Of a stretch of DNA of 64,000 nt, positions 60,896 through 64,000 are shown piece by piece; position 1 is the stretch's first letter, and each line of letters opens with the position of its first letter. The notes below the pieces were generated by a model. The model worked only from the letters and a program-made list of their open reading frames with translations. It had not been told where the DNA came from and did no database searches. The position numbers and the translations under genes were made by a program. Source of the DNA: Nitrospirota bacterium (lineage in GTDB: Bacteria > Nitrospirota > UBA9217); NCBI GenBank assembly GCA_963751455.1, contig CAVVUN010000001.1, forward strand, positions 640,001-704,000. The letters are read 5' to 3'.

Positions 60896-61530
60896 CCGTC
60901 AAAGAATGTGACAACCGCGCCGGCAGGCGCCTCTACAGCCCCGCCGTTGCCGATCCTGATTGTGAGGTCAACCGACACGCCCTTCTGCTCAGCGCGCAGA
61001 TACGAGGCCGTAAGGTTGGGTGTGAGATAAGGATTCGGATTCGGCGCGATCGCAGCCTGCGTGCGGTAGGTGTTGTTCAAAAGCCAGCTCGGGGCCTCGT
61101 ATTGAGGGATAGTTGTGTCGTCGTTCACGTTCGTGACGTGGTAGGAGGGCTGGTTCCATATCTTGCGCGCTCCGATCCAGGGCATGGATCCGGGCTGGGT
61201 GGTGTCCGCCTTGTATACGCGTATGCTCTCTTGATTGCCGTAATAGTCGTACCCATGAGCAATGATCTCTGCCTGGCCGTCCGCGTCCACGTCCGCGACG
61301 ATCACGCTCTGATAAATATTCCCGCCGCCGAAAGTCTCTGAATAGAGAAGCTCCCCTGTCTTTCCGTCGAAGATCCTGAATTTGCCGTGGCCGTTGTCCA
61401 TGACCTCGGGCCGGCCGTCCCCGTTCAAATCGAATACCGTGGCTGAGGATGCGGAGCCCTCCCAACCTTCAGCATAGGGCATGGATAGGGTCTTCTTGAG
61501 CCTGCCGTTCTTGTCGACGATTAAATATTT
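60890..61530 (-). pseudogene. Giant protein 2, segment downstream of the IS: end of the FG-GAP/VCBS propeller
   Basis: KYLIVDKNGRLKKTLSMPYAEGW..FDLNGDG..ADVDADG..WIGARKIWNQ.SYHVTNV; in frame with 62920-64000 once the IS and one target copy are removed. Confidence 0.82.
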
Positions 61531-61574
61531 GGTAGTGTAGAAAAGGAGAGACTTTGGACATGAAGTAACAACAA

Positions 61575-61636
61575 ATTGCCCTCCATTTTATGGATAATAG
61601 TTTTGGACGAAACTAACCATAAAACAGGAGGGCAAT
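61575..61636 (+). promoter_or_regulatory. Hairpin sequestering the transposase RBS
   Basis: attgccctcc-attttatgg-..tagtttt / gaaacta-accataaaa-ca-ggagggcaat, ending immediately before ATG 61637. Confidence 0.65.
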
Positions 61637-62869
61637 ATGGGTGTTACCCCACAAAGGAAAGGTATCACCATCAGTTTTGATTGTCAATTTGAAGTGCATT
61701 TGAAGGACAGCTCTCTTTCATCAATACTCGCCGCCTTTGCCGAGCTTTTGCCGCAGATTTTGACGGACTTCATTCAGAAAGTGCTTGTAGGCTTTGGCGA
61801 GCATGTGATGGCTCTTAAGAAAAAGCCTTTTGCCTGCGGGTGCGGCAATGATCGGGAATTCACATGGAAGACGCGGCACGGGAAAAAGACTAAGATTCAT
61901 GCCTTTTACCAATGGGTCTGGTTACAGCAGCTCCAGGTTGTTTGCAAACGCTGTGGGAGTAAGCTCTACATCACCCGAAAGCTGCTCGGAATGAAGCCGA
62001 AAAAGCGAATAGCGGCAGAAATTTATCGAAAGCTTGGGCTTCTGGGTTCCTTGACAACCTTTCGTGTGGCGGAGAAGATCGGCAAGATGTTCGGCTGGGC
62101 CGTGGACAAGATGACGGTCTGGAGCGCTGTCCAAAAGACGGGGTCGGAAATAGAGTTCAAGGTTGATGAAAAGGAGCTTCCCCAGGGCGAGGCTGACGGG
62201 ACCGGGATCGGCATCAAGGGAATCAAGAAGCGCGGGAAGGAATTGAAGGCGTTCATACAGTACAAGAAGGGTGGCGGCGTGCGGGTGGCGGGCCTTGATA
62301 TCGGGAATTATAACGGGTCCTGGGACAACCTTTTCAAGAAGAGTCTCAAGGCTCTGGGGAGCTTCACCCGTCCGTTTTCCTTAATCACCGACGGCGACAC
62401 CTCCATCCTGGATGCTCTTAAGGGGAAGGTGAAGATAATTGTTCAGCGCTGCTTGTGGCATATTCCCTATCAAGCGAAGTATGTGTTGTGGCAGGACAAA
62501 GTGAAGCGTAAGAGCGAGGACTGGTTGTATGTGATCGTGGAGCTGATGGAAATCTGCGCGATACGGCCGTTTGTAGACGACAAGCAGACGATAGCCGCGA
62601 TGATCGCTTCGAAGAAGGCCCGGCTGGATGAACTGATAAAGCGGTGCGCTGAGAGAGAATATACTCACACAGCCGCTTATCTTGAAAATGCCCGCCCGGA
62701 TATGTTTACGGCGATCAAGAAGAGATTAGACGGTAAGACCACGAGCAAGGTGGAGCGACTCATGCGCACGGTCAATATGCGGGTAAACGTGAGCAAGTGG
62801 ACCGAGGCCGGAGCGCTGAATGTCATGAAAGTCCGGCTGGCTTATTACTATAACGGATTTGATGCATAA
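61637..62869 (+). CDS. DDE transposase
   Basis: Zn-ribbon (CGC..CKRC), EADGT, ITDGD, QRCLWH, TTSKVER; lies within the TIRs. Confidence 0.9.
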   Translation: MGVTPQRKGITISFDCQFEVHLKDSSLSSILAAFAELLPQILTDFIQKVLVGFGEHVMALKKKPFACGCGNDREFTWKTRHGKKTKIHAFYQWVWLQQLQVVCKRCGSKLYITRKLLGMKPKKRIAAEIYRKLGLLGSLTTFRVAEKIGKMFGWAVDKMTVWSAVQKTGSEIEFKVDEKELPQGEADGTGIGIKGIKKRGKELKAFIQYKKGGGVRVAGLDIGNYNGSWDNLFKKSLKALGSFTRPFSLITDGDTSILDALKGKVKIIVQRCLWHIPYQAKYVLWQDKVKRKSEDWLYVIVELMEICAIRPFVDDKQTIAAMIASKKARLDELIKRCAEREYTHTAAYLENARPDMFTAIKKRLDGKTTSKVERLMRTVNMRVNVSKWTEAGALNVMKVRLAYYYNGFDA

Positions 62870-62919
62870 TGCGCGTAAAATGGGGGGCTTTTGTCAGGTC
62901 TCCACTTGACAACGCTACC

Positions 62920-64000
62920 AAATATTTGTTGAATCCTCTCACCCCGATCTCGGGCACACCGTCGCCGTCGAAGTCCGCGATGAGGGGCGGTCCCCCGAAG
63001 CCGGAAATCTGCGCGCCTTCCAGATTTTTCAGGCTCACCGGCCCCCACAAGACCTTGCCGTTGTGGTCGAGAAGATACAGATAATAAATACCTGACTGGA
63101 ACGTGAGCAGAACGACTTCAGGATAAGGATCGTCGTTGAAGTTCGCGACCGCGTTGATCCCGTCGGGCAGGCTGGTATTCCACCATTTGGTCTTGAGGTC
63201 CTTTACGCCGTTAGCGTCGACTGTATAGGTATACGCTGTATTGCCAGCTACTATGTCCGGCGTGCCGTCAAGGTCCAGATCAGCCGCGATCGGCGTCGTA
63301 CCCATAAAATTAGCTGCACCAGAGCCGTACTTGTAATCGCTTGCCCAGGTCCTGACGCTCCCGTCGGCATTGAACATGGTCACACCCATCAATATCTCCG
63401 GCGATCCATTCTTGTCCAGGTCGGCAAGTACGGGTGCGTCGTAGTCAGTAAACGGCGGATTCCAGGGAGAAGTGGCAATCATCACGTTTTTGACTGCCTG
63501 ATAATTGTCCCATTTTAGTTTAAAGGCATTTTGAGCGGTATCAAAATCATACGCAAGAAGACCCGGGCCGGACCCGGTGGACATGTTCCTCGTCGTTATG
63601 ATCTCGGGTTTTCCGTCACTATCGATGTCACCCACAACCGGATAGGGATAGATTCCGAGCGGGCGCACGGGGTCTTTAAGAGAGGTTATCACAGCCCCGG
63701 TATCTCCCCGCAAGGCCACCAATGCTGTATCATTAGCATTGGAATAATTTACCCACCCAAAGACAACAGCGGGAACGTCTTTTTCGTCAGCCTCGCCGTC
63801 GCCGTTCGAATCAAAGAAATACGGGACCACGGCGGGGAGGAAAACGCTGCCGAATGCCTTTTTCCAAGACCACTTTTTCGTCAATTGTATCCTGCTCTGG
63901 GGCGCTGTTTCGCAGTCCTTGCATGAGGCAAGGATGTTGTTCGTCTCATCCTGTTCGCGGACTGCGTCCCCTGAATCGATCAGGGCGTACAGGGGCGAAT
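62920..64000 (-). pseudogene. Giant protein 2, segment upstream of the IS (5' end outside the window): CARDB end plus FG-GAP/VCBS repeats
   Basis: Frame is open from the window edge (SPLYALIDSGDAVREQDETNN...); repeats GDIDSDGKPE, ADLDKNGSPE, ADLDLDGTPD, ADFDGDGVPE. Confidence 0.82.

Larger units (their letters stand above)
61531..62919 (+). mobile_element. Insertion sequence, 1,389 bp, ISH6-like (IS256/ISLre2-related DDE), 8-bp TSD AAATATTT
   Basis: Left end ggtagtgtagaaaaggagagac versus reverse complement of right end ggtagcgttgtcaagtggagac. aaatattt at 61523-61530 and 62920-62927. Single transposase ORF. Family inferred from GGT ends, 8-bp duplication and size. Confidence 0.9.

Overview
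Bacterial genomic window with five blocks. Gene content and style suggest a Nitrospirota/Desulfobacterota-like organism, but that is inference. (1) 1-24 kb, accessory region: a synthase-type polysaccharide cassette (epimerase, GT2, TPR protein), hydrolases, a TonB receptor-YfiR-histidine kinase-response regulator-GGDEF/EAL operon, stress proteins of which seven end in Ala-Ala, and a patch of scrambled gene fragments. (2) 24-38.5 kb, the most striking locus: a roughly 3,740-aa secreted giant (split by a 1-nt indel) with an N-terminal M23 peptidoglycan-endopeptidase domain on a scaffold of Ig-like, NHL, CARDB and FG-GAP repeats. Upstream lies a tandemly duplicated [lipoprotein + M23 N-terminus] unit, which reads like an inverted (toxin-first) polymorphic toxin/immunity locus. 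(3) 38.8-50 kb, intact housekeeping genes: SurA-N protein, gatB, gatA, panD, gatC, pcrA/uvrD, glmS, glmU, DUF502. (4) 50-56.7 kb, a Geobacter Pul/Oxp-like type II secretion cluster. (5) 57-64 kb, a second giant CARDB/FG-GAP/Fn3-like gene interrupted by a 1,389-bp ISH6-like IS with an 8-bp target duplication. Several families of miniature palindromic elements are scattered throughout, some nested and some inserted in frame into proteins. Six single-base indels at short homopolymers may be assembly errors. No rRNA, tRNA or CRISPR array was seen. Family assignments come from motif recognition, not database searches.
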